64,000 nt of DNA from Candidatus Nomurabacteria bacterium (GTDB lineage Bacteria > Patescibacteriota > Minisyncoccia > Phycocordibacterales > UBA5272): the NCBI GenBank assembly GCA_040376695.1, contig JBEIQD010000003.1, positions 1,789-65,788 of the forward strand, in the 5' to 3' direction. A model generated the notes under the pieces. It searched no databases. It saw nothing but the letters and a program-made list of their open reading frames with translations, and was not told the DNA's origin. Made by a program: the position numbers and the translations under genes. Numbering within the stretch: the stretch's first letter is position 1; each line of letters begins with the position of its first letter. Below are positions 1-9,164 of this stretch, in pieces.

Positions 1-1164
1 AAAGTCTGAAAGAAGAGGTGGTTCTAATTTTGTGAAATCAACGTCACCGTTAATATCTTTAAGAGCATATGTTTCAGTTATTGCTTGATCAATAATGGCA
101 TCTTCTTCTGGAGTAAGGCCTCCAAGCATCACACGGAAAAGTCCAACGAGGTTAACAATGTTTGAACGAAGCACTTCAGACGGCGATTCATCTTCTGTTG
201 GGTGTGGTAAATCGAAAGGATTAATGTGGTGATCGCTTGTAAGGGAAATATCAAAGTATCTTCCGCCAACAGATTCAGCTAGGTATTCGTACTCTCGCTC
301 AGGGTCAATAATGATGACTTCCGTATCAAACATAAGGGTACGAAGAATTTCGAGTTTCGTCGTGTAACTCTTACCAGAACCTGATTTTGCGAAAACGATT
401 GAGTTGTAATTCTCAAGAGAGAAGCGATCAAAGAGGATGAGAGATCCATTGTGGCGATTGAGCCCATAGAGAATTCCTTTATCAGATGAAAGATCAAATG
501 ACACGAACGGGAAAAAAGAAGAAAGAGGTGACGTGTTCAGTTTATTTTTTATTTGAAGCTGGTCTTGCCCTAAAGGAAGGGTTGAAAGAAATCCAACGTC
601 TTGTTGAAACAATGCTGGTTTTACATACACTAATCGACTTTCTAGTATATTTTTTATTTCATTTTCAACTTTATCAACCTCAGCCTCTGTTGATCCATAT
701 ATGGAAATATAGAGAGATACCTCAAACATTTTTTCTTGTGCTTGAGTAAGTCCGTCACGCAAATCTTCAAGATCTTTGTACGCAACATCAAGTGTAGGGT
801 CACGAACAAGCCCCTTTTCTTCTCGTGTCATAATCTGACTCTCTACTTCCGCAACCTTTCTTTGAAACTGCTTCATGACATCTCCTGTATCAAGCGGAGT
901 TACGTGAATGGCAACATCAAATACCTTGTCCAAGTTAATGATAGGGCTTAGCCAGTTGTCTGTGAGGAATCGTGGGTATGAAATAACAAAGTACGAACGT
1001 ACAATATTTGTCCCCAAGTTGAGACTTTTTGGCCCAACACCCAAAGCAGAGGGCGCAATGATATCTTTCAGTTGCATTTCTGCCACTTTGTAAACCTGTT
1101 CAGGAAGAATAGGGTTTACGGGCGAGGCTGCTTGTTTCTTGTTTATAAAATCGAATATTCCCAT
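1..1164 (-). CDS. VirB4/TraE-family conjugative (type IV secretion) ATPase, central and C-terminal part; 3' end runs off the window (partial)
   Basis: Minus-strand frame open from the ATG at 1164-1162 to the window edge. Translation MGIFDFINKK...RSYFVISYPRFLTDNWL... carries Walker A FAKSGSGKSYTTK and the VIIIDPEREYEYL motif typical of VirB4/AAA_10 ATPases. Not in the ORF track because no stop lies inside the window. Confidence 0.6.
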   Translation of the reverse strand, partial: MGIFDFINKKQAASPVNPILPEQVYKVAEMQLKDIIAPSALGVGPKSLNLGTNIVRSYFVISYPRFLTDNWLSPIINLDKVFDVAIHVTPLDTGDVMKQFQRKVAEVESQIMTREEKGLVRDPTLDVAYKDLEDLRDGLTQAQEKMFEVSLYISIYGSTEAEVDKVENEIKNILESRLVYVKPALFQQDVGFLSTLPLGQDQLQIKNKLNTSPLSSFFPFVSFDLSSDKGILYGLNRHNGSLILFDRFSLENYNSIVFAKSGSGKSYTTKLEILRTLMFDTEVIIIDPEREYEYLAESVGGRYFDISLTSDHHINPFDLPHPTEDESPSEVLRSNIVNLVGLFRVMLGGLTPEEDAIIDQAITETYALKDINGDVDFTKLEPPLLSDF

Positions 1165-1172
1165 ATGTAGTA

Positions 1173-1841
1173 TTAATTATCGTTTATCTTAGGTGCTCCT
1201 CTGTCCTGCTCCCCTGGGTTAAAAAGTTTATAGAAGAGTTCAACCACTTCCTCTGTTCCAAGTTTTTGAGCACGTAATCCAAAACGATTAAGTCCTTGCA
1301 TAACTGTGGCGACTCTCTGTTCAAGCTGTATACGTGCGGCATCAAATGACCCCTGTTCTCCACCAGTAGAAGAGTTAGCTAAACCAAACGATAAGAATTT
1401 ATTCGCTTGATTTTGAGTATTAGTTTGAGCGGGTAAATATGGAATCACGATGAAGAAATGTTTTGTCATAATATTTGTTTCTTCTGTAAACTTTGTGATA
1501 AAGCCCATGTATTCATGGATTTGAATCTTAAGAAGATCTTCCTTCACTTCCCCTGATCTCTGTTGAAGAAGATCCATATACGGCTTGATGTTGAGTCTTC
1601 TTGATTGAATAAAAAATTGAATCGGAAAATCAAGTGAGTTGAGGAGATTCTGAAACTGAAGAAGAATAGCCTGTTGCTCATCCTCGCTCTTCAAAGAGAG
1701 GTTAAGAGACGAAGTAATAAGAACAGCGCGAAGCTCTCCATTCTTAAGCACAACAACACCATCACGCACGCGTTCGATTGGTACAAATTGTTGAGTTGCT
1801 ATTCCAGAAGCCATATCTTGAAGTATACAGCATAGAAACAA
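1173..1841 (-). CDS. VirB4 N-terminal domain fragment (PrgJ/TraE-like), separate ORF in a different frame from the ATPase part
   Basis: 222-aa ORF containing ...VVVLKNGELRAVLITSSLNLSLKSEDEQQAILLQFQNLLNSLDFPIQFFIQSRRLNIKPYMD, which resembles the conserved N-terminus of Gram-positive conjugative VirB4 ATPases. TAA at 1175-1173 is followed 8 nt later by the ATG of the ATPase ORF, in another frame. Confidence 0.5.
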   Translation of the reverse strand: MFLCCILQDMASGIATQQFVPIERVRDGVVVLKNGELRAVLITSSLNLSLKSEDEQQAILLQFQNLLNSLDFPIQFFIQSRRLNIKPYMDLLQQRSGEVKEDLLKIQIHEYMGFITKFTEETNIMTKHFFIVIPYLPAQTNTQNQANKFLSFGLANSSTGGEQGSFDAARIQLEQRVATVMQGLNRFGLRAQKLGTEEVVELFYKLFNPGEQDRGAPKINDN

Positions 1842-1850
1842 GACCGAAGC

Positions 1851-2294
1851 TTATTCCTGTGAGTTACGATCAAGAACATCGAGACCAAGAGACACTTCGT
1901 GAAGCCTATCTTTGTTTACTTTTGAAACGGTTACTTCTTTTTCTGCGTCAGCAACTACCTTTTCTATGTTGGAAGTGTTTTCGGTTTGTTCTTTCGGTTG
2001 TTTCCATGTATAAATTTTGCCCCCTGTATAGTAAGCAAAAGCGCTTTCAAGTAAATCTCCAAAAGGTCTATTGTTGATTTTTACAAAAGCGAGCGAAAGA
2101 AAAAGTCCAGAAACCAAGAGAATAAGAACAACCGCAATAATTTTTATTGGAATAAATGTCCAAATAATAAAAGAAAATCCACCAGCGCCTAGGATATACC
2201 CAAATTGTTTAAGGGTAAGGGGTCCGACAACCTTGTCTTCCATGTCGATAAATTGAGGAACTCGGAATTGCATAGAGTAAAGTATATCACGCAC
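1851..2294 (-). CDS. PrgI/VirB3-like small T4SS membrane protein
   Basis: 147 aa with QFRVPQFIDMEDKVVGPLTLKQFGYILGAGGFSFIIW and a hydrophobic helix. Sits immediately upstream of VirB4, the usual position of PrgI-family (VirB3-analog) genes. Confidence 0.5.
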   Translation of the reverse strand: MRDILYSMQFRVPQFIDMEDKVVGPLTLKQFGYILGAGGFSFIIWTFIPIKIIAVVLILLVSGLFLSLAFVKINNRPFGDLLESAFAYYTGGKIYTWKQPKEQTENTSNIEKVVADAEKEVTVSKVNKDRLHEVSLGLDVLDRNSQE

Positions 2295-2301
2295 TGAGTA
2301 G

Positions 2302-3069
2302 CTACTCAGAAGCCTCTCTGTAAGGGTCGATATTGTATTTTGTCGGGGCCTTACTATAGGAAGCCGTTTGAGCCTCTGGGGTTACTGCTTTGTCGTCCCC
2401 CGCGTGAGGCATAAACTCCTGAAGGGCAATGTTTGAGTCTAAAGCCCTATCATCTTTTGCTTCTATTCCAGAGATTTGTTCCTGGATTTTCTTAAGTCGT
2501 TCAGAAACTTCTTCATCGTTTGGAATTGTGTCTAGTATTTGTAACTGTTCTAGAAGTTGAGAGCGGGATCCCGCTACCACTGTTGCTTTTTTAGCCGCAG
2601 CGGGCGCCGGACTTACTGTTGCCGGAATTGATGGTTGGTTTTGATTTAAAACAGCCACTGGCTCTCGTTTCGTTGTATCAAGGATCTCTTTTCGTAGCTC
2701 ATCTGGAGATCTCCCTTCTTGGAACGTTAGAGTGACCATATCTTTAGGAGATTTACCTAAAATGCTAATACGAGCTTTTTCTAGAATGGTTTTGTCCAAA
2801 TCAGCAGCAAGCTTATAAGCCTCTTCCTCAGAAAGGCCCAATATATCAACAATTGCCCGCACCACATCCGTTGGCTTTAAAGCGCCAATAAGAATAAACG
2901 AAATAATGTTTGAAAGCGCGATGTAGGAGCTTACGGGTATTTTATACACCTTGCCTAAGATCGCTGTTGCATTGTTCACTTCGTCACCATGAATAAGCTC
3001 CTGAATATCAGCCGGAGATTGATCAAATAAATCATCCTGATTTGTTGCTATGTATGACGGGTTACTCAT
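2302..3069 (-). CDS. hypothetical protein in the T4SS-like locus
   Basis: 255-aa ORF packed between the VirB6-like and PrgI-like genes with 2-8 nt spacing; no recognised motif. Confidence 0.5.
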   Translation of the reverse strand: MSNPSYIATNQDDLFDQSPADIQELIHGDEVNNATAILGKVYKIPVSSYIALSNIISFILIGALKPTDVVRAIVDILGLSEEEAYKLAADLDKTILEKARISILGKSPKDMVTLTFQEGRSPDELRKEILDTTKREPVAVLNQNQPSIPATVSPAPAAAKKATVVAGSRSQLLEQLQILDTIPNDEEVSERLKKIQEQISGIEAKDDRALDSNIALQEFMPHAGDDKAVTPEAQTASYSKAPTKYNIDPYREASE

Positions 3070-3071
3070 AA

Positions 3072-5552
3072 TTATGCTGCGGTTGTGTAAGGTGTCTCAT
3101 TCGATGCTGATCTGGTTGAGTTAGACGGAGAAGGTTTTGGTGCTGTAGCGGTTGACGCGCCTGCGCCACTTTCATTATTTTTGTTACTTGTGTCTATGTT
3201 TCTTTGTGCTTCTGCTTGTTTTATTTTTCTTCTTTCTGCAAAAGATTCTTTTTGCATGTCAACGACAGAAGAAGATTCTTTTGATGAGGCAAAGTTTTTT
3301 TGCATTTCTGCAACTTCTGCTGCACTCATCATTTTTGCTTCTTCCGTTGGGTTCATTCGTTGTTCATCTGCAATAGCTTCAGCTTTTGTTGCTTGTAGCT
3401 GGGTTCCACCCCCTTCGTTTCTGATTCGCTCCTGAACATTAGCAGGAAGAGATTCGAGATACTCTTCTTTGTCTCCATCCTTTTTCCTTCCGTATGCTTT
3501 AACAAGCTTGTCCTCATCCTCTTTGATACTGTCTGCCGTTTTTTGCGCATCACTCTTAGCACCCCCAAGGAGTACTGCTCGTTGACCTGTGGATCCAAGC
3601 GAACCCGTTTTCTGTGCTATATATCCTTCACGAGCACTTGCATCTTTAATGCTTCCGTACTTCTTCTTCATTGCAAGATCTCTTGCCTCAAAATCTTTGT
3701 CATATGTTTGTGTTGTCCCCTTACCCATTCCCATACCAGCACTTGCCATACCGCGGTTTACCATTCCAATATTACGAGTATCAAATGTACTTTGTGCTAA
3801 GGAATTTGTGAGTGAATATAAACCCCTTCCTGTTCGTGAGCCCTGCATTTTATCCATCATCCCACTATCACGTAACCGCGCCGCAGCGAGACCAACACTT
3901 CCCCGGGCAAGCAATCCTGCGCCCCCTGAGGCAACCCCAAGTCCAAATCCACCTACTTTACCTATTGCGTTAGTTGCCATCTCGCCCGCCGTGCCCGCCG
4001 CCGCTTTAGTTACTTTAAGCATGATGTGGAGCATAACAATCATCATAAGAATATTAAAAAATATTTTTACATTTTCAGCCCCTCCACTTGCAAGTGGTCC
4101 TCCTGCCGTCTGGAACACATCCATAAACTTAAGAGTGAGAGCAAGCATAATCATGAACACCGGAGCCACAATGAGCTGTTCAAAAAACATCTTACGCATC
4201 TTCACTGCGACATCTCCTAGTTTTGGTACAACGGCATCAACTAAAAGAAGCGGAGAAGCAACAATAAGAAAAGCAAATACGGCAGCTCTCATAACGAGAA
4301 GCGCTGTCGCCATAAAGAGAACATACGCAGCATAGAGCGCAAAAACCACAGCAACCAATGCCCCTGGGGTGCTATTAATTCGTGAGGTAAAACCAGAACC
4401 AGTGTCGGTTTTTGTTGCGCTTACGAATAGATCGGTCAATCCAAGTCTATTCATAATAAGAGATCCAGCGGTGTTTCCTCCAGAGGTTGTTATGTCACTT
4501 CCAAAGTTACTTCCCAAAGCTTCACTCCCTACCGCACTTGAATAAATATTTAAGGAAACAATATTTGAGACATCAACAAGCGCTCTTGTTACGGGATATG
4601 AAAAGTTTACAAAAAGAGCGAATATCGCAAGCCACCCAATATATTTACCAAATGTGTCTTCACGTCCGATGATATACATGAACCCAAGATACAGTCCCGC
4701 AAACACTACAACGAGAGAAACTATTTGGCGAATAATTACCCATATAGGATAGAGTGATGTTGGTGACCATTTAGCAAAATCAAGAACACTTATCTGAATT
4801 GCAAAGTTGAGCATGTTAGCCGCAAGCCAAGCAAGAAAACCAGCAATCTGTAGGAACGTATTCTTAACCAACCATGCAAATCCAGCGTCAATACAATCTA
4901 CGATTGAAGCATTGAAAAGCGAAGTACATTTTTTTGTATCGTTAGCGGCCACTATCCCTGAAGAAGACTCACCCGCAGTGGAAACTGCTGTGGCGTTGCC
5001 GAGTGAGTTTGCTTCTGCACTACCGGCGGTGATTGTGCCAGCTTCAATTTGTTTAGCTTGTGTGAGGAGCTGTGCCCACTGAGTTGTGTATGTTCTAATA
5101 ATGCCGTTTGCTCGGGGTTCTTGTTTTTCTTGCACTGTTAAAGCTCCCCAGCCCGACTGAAACTTAGCTTCTGCGGCAACATTTGCTTGAATGGCCGCTT
5201 TTACAGGACTGAGTCCTACTCCCTGTGACTGAGCGAAGCTTGCTGTATACGTTGCCTTCTCGTCCTGAAATACTTTTATGTTCTTCGCTAAGGTTGCCGA
5301 TATTGTTGCTTTGTTTGGTTCATTGGTCAGAGCGTCTACCGCTTTCTTTGTGTCCTCGAGAGATTTTATGGTTGCATCCAAAATAGCGATACCTTGGTTA
5401 GAAAAATAAGAATACGACCCTTGAGTGTTTGCAATAGCGCCAGATTCAGTTTGTCTATCAATTCCTTGAGCAAAAACTGTAGAAGGTTGAGCTACCCAAA
5501 GGATACTCAAAACTAGGACGATACTACACGCAAAAAAACCAAGTCGTTTCAT
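3072..5552 (-). CDS. large polytopic membrane protein, VirB6/TrbL/PrgH-like candidate T4SS channel component
   Basis: 826 aa. N-terminal signal peptide MKRLGFFACSIVLVLSILWVAQPSTVFA, a central block of at least six hydrophobic helices, and a charged K/E-rich C-terminal tail. Position within the T4SS-like operon. Confidence 0.45.
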   Translation of the reverse strand: MKRLGFFACSIVLVLSILWVAQPSTVFAQGIDRQTESGAIANTQGSYSYFSNQGIAILDATIKSLEDTKKAVDALTNEPNKATISATLAKNIKVFQDEKATYTASFAQSQGVGLSPVKAAIQANVAAEAKFQSGWGALTVQEKQEPRANGIIRTYTTQWAQLLTQAKQIEAGTITAGSAEANSLGNATAVSTAGESSSGIVAANDTKKCTSLFNASIVDCIDAGFAWLVKNTFLQIAGFLAWLAANMLNFAIQISVLDFAKWSPTSLYPIWVIIRQIVSLVVVFAGLYLGFMYIIGREDTFGKYIGWLAIFALFVNFSYPVTRALVDVSNIVSLNIYSSAVGSEALGSNFGSDITTSGGNTAGSLIMNRLGLTDLFVSATKTDTGSGFTSRINSTPGALVAVVFALYAAYVLFMATALLVMRAAVFAFLIVASPLLLVDAVVPKLGDVAVKMRKMFFEQLIVAPVFMIMLALTLKFMDVFQTAGGPLASGGAENVKIFFNILMMIVMLHIMLKVTKAAAGTAGEMATNAIGKVGGFGLGVASGGAGLLARGSVGLAAARLRDSGMMDKMQGSRTGRGLYSLTNSLAQSTFDTRNIGMVNRGMASAGMGMGKGTTQTYDKDFEARDLAMKKKYGSIKDASAREGYIAQKTGSLGSTGQRAVLLGGAKSDAQKTADSIKEDEDKLVKAYGRKKDGDKEEYLESLPANVQERIRNEGGGTQLQATKAEAIADEQRMNPTEEAKMMSAAEVAEMQKNFASSKESSSVVDMQKESFAERRKIKQAEAQRNIDTSNKNNESGAGASTATAPKPSPSNSTRSASNETPYTTAA

Positions 5553-5668
5553 ACCGTGAAGTGTATCATGTCAAACGTCTCAATCATCGCCATTATTATG
5601 GATAAATCATAATTTCATAAAGAAAAATAGCCCCCGCAAGGGACTATATTTCTGTGTAAGTATTTATC

Positions 5669-7360
5669 TTAGAACGCACCACCGTCACCTCCCCCTGATT
5701 GATTATTTTGTTGGTAGCTTTGACGTATCTGAGCGCATTCCGTGGTGAGTCTAGGAATTGATCCCACAGAACTGTTGTCCTGCTTGATTGTGCCATTAAA
5801 TCTTACGAAATCAGCCTGTCTTTTTGAAGCTGCTGAAAGACTTGGAAGTCCTTGGTCTTCAACTTTTTTCTGATAATCACTAAATAGTGTTGTTATTTCC
5901 CCCGTCGATTTTGATGCAGCAACCGCAACAAGTGTGTCATTGATGAGGGTTCGCGTTGTGTTGATACCGTTAAGGTTTTTAGTTGACTCTGCCTGTGTAC
6001 TTTGAATAACAGCTAGTTTATTTGAAGTGAAGCTAAGCGCTGAAACAACGCGCGGATCGTTTTTTAGATTAAAATCTTCACCCAGCTTTTCATAACATAC
6101 TTGAATGGTTTGTATGCTATTTTGATACCCAGCCAGCTCAGCCAGGAAGCTTCGCTCAGTGCCTTCAAGTGAGTTTAAAGAAGTGAGGTGGGCTTGAAGT
6201 GGGGTTTGTACTGTACTTGCAGTTTCTGTTTGCTTGCTTGGAGTATCAAGATCTTGAATTTGATTTAAACTTGCTTGATTACTGTTCCCTGGAGAAATAT
6301 CAGATAGCTGTCGTGTAGAAGCCACAACCTGTAAAATTGAACTCAAACTGTTGAATATACCAGAACCAAAAGTACTTTCCAGTTTTTTTAATGGAGCGTT
6401 TAAAGCTTCCTGGAAGGCGCTACTCAAAGCACTTCCTGTATTTGTTATGGTTTCTACTCTACAAGGAACGTTTGCGATATCAGATCCGTCTGCTGTTGCT
6501 GGTTGGTCACACTTTGTGGCACTCGCGATACCTCCACCCCTGTTCAAGTCAGCTTCTGCTGCCTTTTCTTTTTTAGCTTTATCTTCCGCTATGGCAACTT
6601 GCGTTCGAACGCTTCGATTATATTCATTATCACCAAAACTTACCGCCAAAAGACTATCAGTTCCAGCTATATCTGGTCGTTGCTTACCAACTGCTTCCAG
6701 TTTTCTTGCAAGCGGAATGTTGATGGTTGGATTCCCTACACATAATGAGTTAAAAAGATCTTGTTTTCTGTTTTGGTATGCCTCTAAATCATACGTCCCG
6801 TCACTTTTCATTACATCATTCTTCGCTACGTTTGAAAGCGAAGCATCTTTACAGAGATTGTTTTGAACAATATTTGGAATTGAGGAGTTGCCCAAAGACC
6901 CCAAGACACTGGTGAGGTTAGAAGATCCTCTATAGCTATTAATGACACTTCCTAGAATACTTGAACTATATGTTCCATTCTGCTGAGAAATATCTCCAAT
7001 ATTAACCCTAACAGAATTTAGTCCTTTATTTTGAACCCATTGTTCAGGGTTTTGAACAAGAAGAGAGTTTCCACCAAGAGAACCTGTTATTAAGTTAATA
7101 GTGTTTGTTTGCTGTTGAATTTGAGCAAGTGCGATAAGGCCATTTCCTAATGGGTCAAGAACAGTATCCTGCAAAAAGCCGGTATAGGCATAAAACTCAG
7201 TAGCCACAGCTGAGGCGGCACTTATAAAGTCTTCCGCTAACTGAAGATATCTAGTAATTTCAGCTTGTGGGTCGAATACCACATATTGAGCATGAGTTGT
7301 TTGAACTGTTGAAAACAAAACAGTGAAGAAAAATGCTGATGTTATAAAAAAGTGTTTCAT
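5669..7360 (-). CDS. secreted hypothetical protein (signal peptide), Ser/Asn/Gln-rich
   Basis: Track ORF 5669..7393. The internal start MKHFFITSAFFFTVLFSTVQTTHA at 7360 gives a canonical signal peptide and avoids overlap with the upstream gene. Confidence 0.5.
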   Translation of the reverse strand: MKHFFITSAFFFTVLFSTVQTTHAQYVVFDPQAEITRYLQLAEDFISAASAVATEFYAYTGFLQDTVLDPLGNGLIALAQIQQQTNTINLITGSLGGNSLLVQNPEQWVQNKGLNSVRVNIGDISQQNGTYSSSILGSVINSYRGSSNLTSVLGSLGNSSIPNIVQNNLCKDASLSNVAKNDVMKSDGTYDLEAYQNRKQDLFNSLCVGNPTINIPLARKLEAVGKQRPDIAGTDSLLAVSFGDNEYNRSVRTQVAIAEDKAKKEKAAEADLNRGGGIASATKCDQPATADGSDIANVPCRVETITNTGSALSSAFQEALNAPLKKLESTFGSGIFNSLSSILQVVASTRQLSDISPGNSNQASLNQIQDLDTPSKQTETASTVQTPLQAHLTSLNSLEGTERSFLAELAGYQNSIQTIQVCYEKLGEDFNLKNDPRVVSALSFTSNKLAVIQSTQAESTKNLNGINTTRTLINDTLVAVAASKSTGEITTLFSDYQKKVEDQGLPSLSAASKRQADFVRFNGTIKQDNSSVGSIPRLTTECAQIRQSYQQNNQSGGGDGGAF

Positions 7361-7364
7361 AGAC

Positions 7365-8324
7365 TTAGTGTGTAATTCCATTATATCCCACAATATAAAT
7401 ATACCCAGGTTCAGTTGAGGTGAATGTTACATTTTTAAGATTAAAATAATCCCCCAACATAGGGTAAATTCTAATTGTTGCGGCAGTTACCTCTTGATAT
7501 TTTTTAAGAGCAACGGTTGCGCGAATAGCATCAGTGTTTGCGGCAGAAAGGTTTGCTAGAGTGTTACTGTACTCAGAAACTCTGTTAAGTGTTGTAAGGT
7601 GGTAAGGAAGTGCTGATTTCGGAACTTCTAATGCTAAAAGTTTCTTCGTTGCAGCTGCCACCTTTTCAGCATCAGCGGCTAAAGGAAGAAGGTTGCCCTC
7701 GTCTGCTGTTTGAAGATACCCGCTGACACTCACTAAATCTCTGGCAACAGTTTCTTTTGTAATAAGATTTTTAAGTATTGTTGCCACAGCGTTTCCGTAT
7801 TTCTTGATTGCTACTTTGTCATCAGTGGTAAGTTTTACGTCTGAAGACGCGTACACAGTTGCTGATACTTTTTGCCCCTCTTCGCTAAGGAGTTGTCCAA
7901 AAACTTCCTGTTTACTAGCCTCATCAACTATCCCGCTTTGCTGTAAAGCTGTCGAAGCAATGTAAGCATTTTTTGTAAATGACGCTGTTATATTATTTGG
8001 GTCATTCAGTATTGCAATCCCTTTCGCATCTGTTTCAAACGTTGCATTAGTGGCTTCTGGAGAAAGAGAAAGTGAGCTTGCGATCAGTTCACCCCAACTG
8101 ATTGCCCCATCATTATTAGTATCTGTTGCAAGATTTTCTGGTTGAGCGAGGTTTCCTAGATTCAGAGGTTCATATCGTCTCGTTTGCGGCTCTATTCCAA
8201 ACCAAGAGGCTGGAAGTAGAGATGTCCCAATCGTTAAAATGAAAACAATACCTAACAACAAGAGAGGTGTATTACTTTTTTCTTGCGAAATGAGGCTTTT
8301 AGATGTGGAGATGTTCATATTCAT
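7365..8324 (-). CDS. N-terminally membrane-anchored hypothetical protein
   Basis: Track ORF 7365..8525. The internal start MNMNISTSKSLISQEKSNTPLLLLGIVFILTIGTSLL (TM helix) at 8324 avoids overlap with the divergent hydroxylase gene. Confidence 0.45.
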   Translation of the reverse strand: MNMNISTSKSLISQEKSNTPLLLLGIVFILTIGTSLLPASWFGIEPQTRRYEPLNLGNLAQPENLATDTNNDGAISWGELIASSLSLSPEATNATFETDAKGIAILNDPNNITASFTKNAYIASTALQQSGIVDEASKQEVFGQLLSEEGQKVSATVYASSDVKLTTDDKVAIKKYGNAVATILKNLITKETVARDLVSVSGYLQTADEGNLLPLAADAEKVAAATKKLLALEVPKSALPYHLTTLNRVSEYSNTLANLSAANTDAIRATVALKKYQEVTAATIRIYPMLGDYFNLKNVTFTSTEPGYIYIVGYNGITH

Positions 8325-8411
8325 GAGTATACATCTAAAAATCACCCAAAAATCATTATTTGTTAACATGGTTAGTCTTTGTTTCAATAGTGGATTACAA
8401 TTTACTATGTA

Positions 8412-9164
8412 ATGATTATCCTTATTATCCTCTTTGTGGTTGTTGTTCTTGAATTTTCCTACAGTGCCTATGTTAGAGATGGAATGTATTCCAGAGAAAG
8501 CACACAAGTAAATATCTTTACTCAAGCTTTTGGTGTTTTGAAAGATGTTTTGATACCAAGTTTAGGAGTTATAGGTATTATTGGCTTCGTAAACGGAATA
8601 GTTCCGCATGTTCTAGAAATTCCCTTCACCTTATTTTCTTTCATTACTTGTTTACTTCTCATGGATTTTCTTTACTATCTTTTCCACCGAGCTAATCATT
8701 ATTTTGGATTACTGTGGATGTTTCATTTTGTTCACCACAGCGACACGAAGCTGAATCTAAGTGTTGGATTTAGATCTTCATGGTTTGAAATGGTTGGTCT
8801 ATTTGCAACATACTCCCTGCTTTTGGCGATAGGGTTCCCTCTATCTTTATTTTTGGCAGCATTCACAGTTACATCAACGTATCAATTTTTAACACACAGT
8901 AGGTATATACAAATACCAACTTATTTAGAATATGTTTTTGTAACACCACATTTCCACGCGACCCATCATGATAAAAGAATACAATATCAGAACAGTAATT
9001 TCGGAGGAGTTTTTAGCTTGTGGGATAGATTTTTTTCTACGTATGCAAAAGATGTAGAAGTTTCATCTTTTGGTATTGAAGGATATAAACAAAATAATGT
9101 TATTAAAATCCACACTGATCCGATTCTGCAGTATGTGCGCAGGAAGTTTAGAGCGCTGAAATAG
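8412..9164 (+). CDS. fatty acid hydroxylase / sterol desaturase superfamily membrane protein
   Basis: Three histidine boxes, HRANH, HFVHH and HFHATHH, within multi-TM hydrophobic stretches. Confidence 0.6.
   Translation: MIILIILFVVVVLEFSYSAYVRDGMYSRESTQVNIFTQAFGVLKDVLIPSLGVIGIIGFVNGIVPHVLEIPFTLFSFITCLLLMDFLYYLFHRANHYFGLLWMFHFVHHSDTKLNLSVGFRSSWFEMVGLFATYSLLLAIGFPLSLFLAAFTVTSTYQFLTHSRYIQIPTYLEYVFVTPHFHATHHDKRIQYQNSNFGGVFSLWDRFFSTYAKDVEVSSFGIEGYKQNNVIKIHTDPILQYVRRKFRALK

Noticed and set aside
3152-4335. Several plus-strand ORFs (74-248 aa) inside the VirB6-like gene region
   Set aside because: They are antisense to a long, well-supported minus-strand ORF. Their low-complexity, Cys/Leu/Phe-rich translations are typical of antisense frames in AT-rich DNA.
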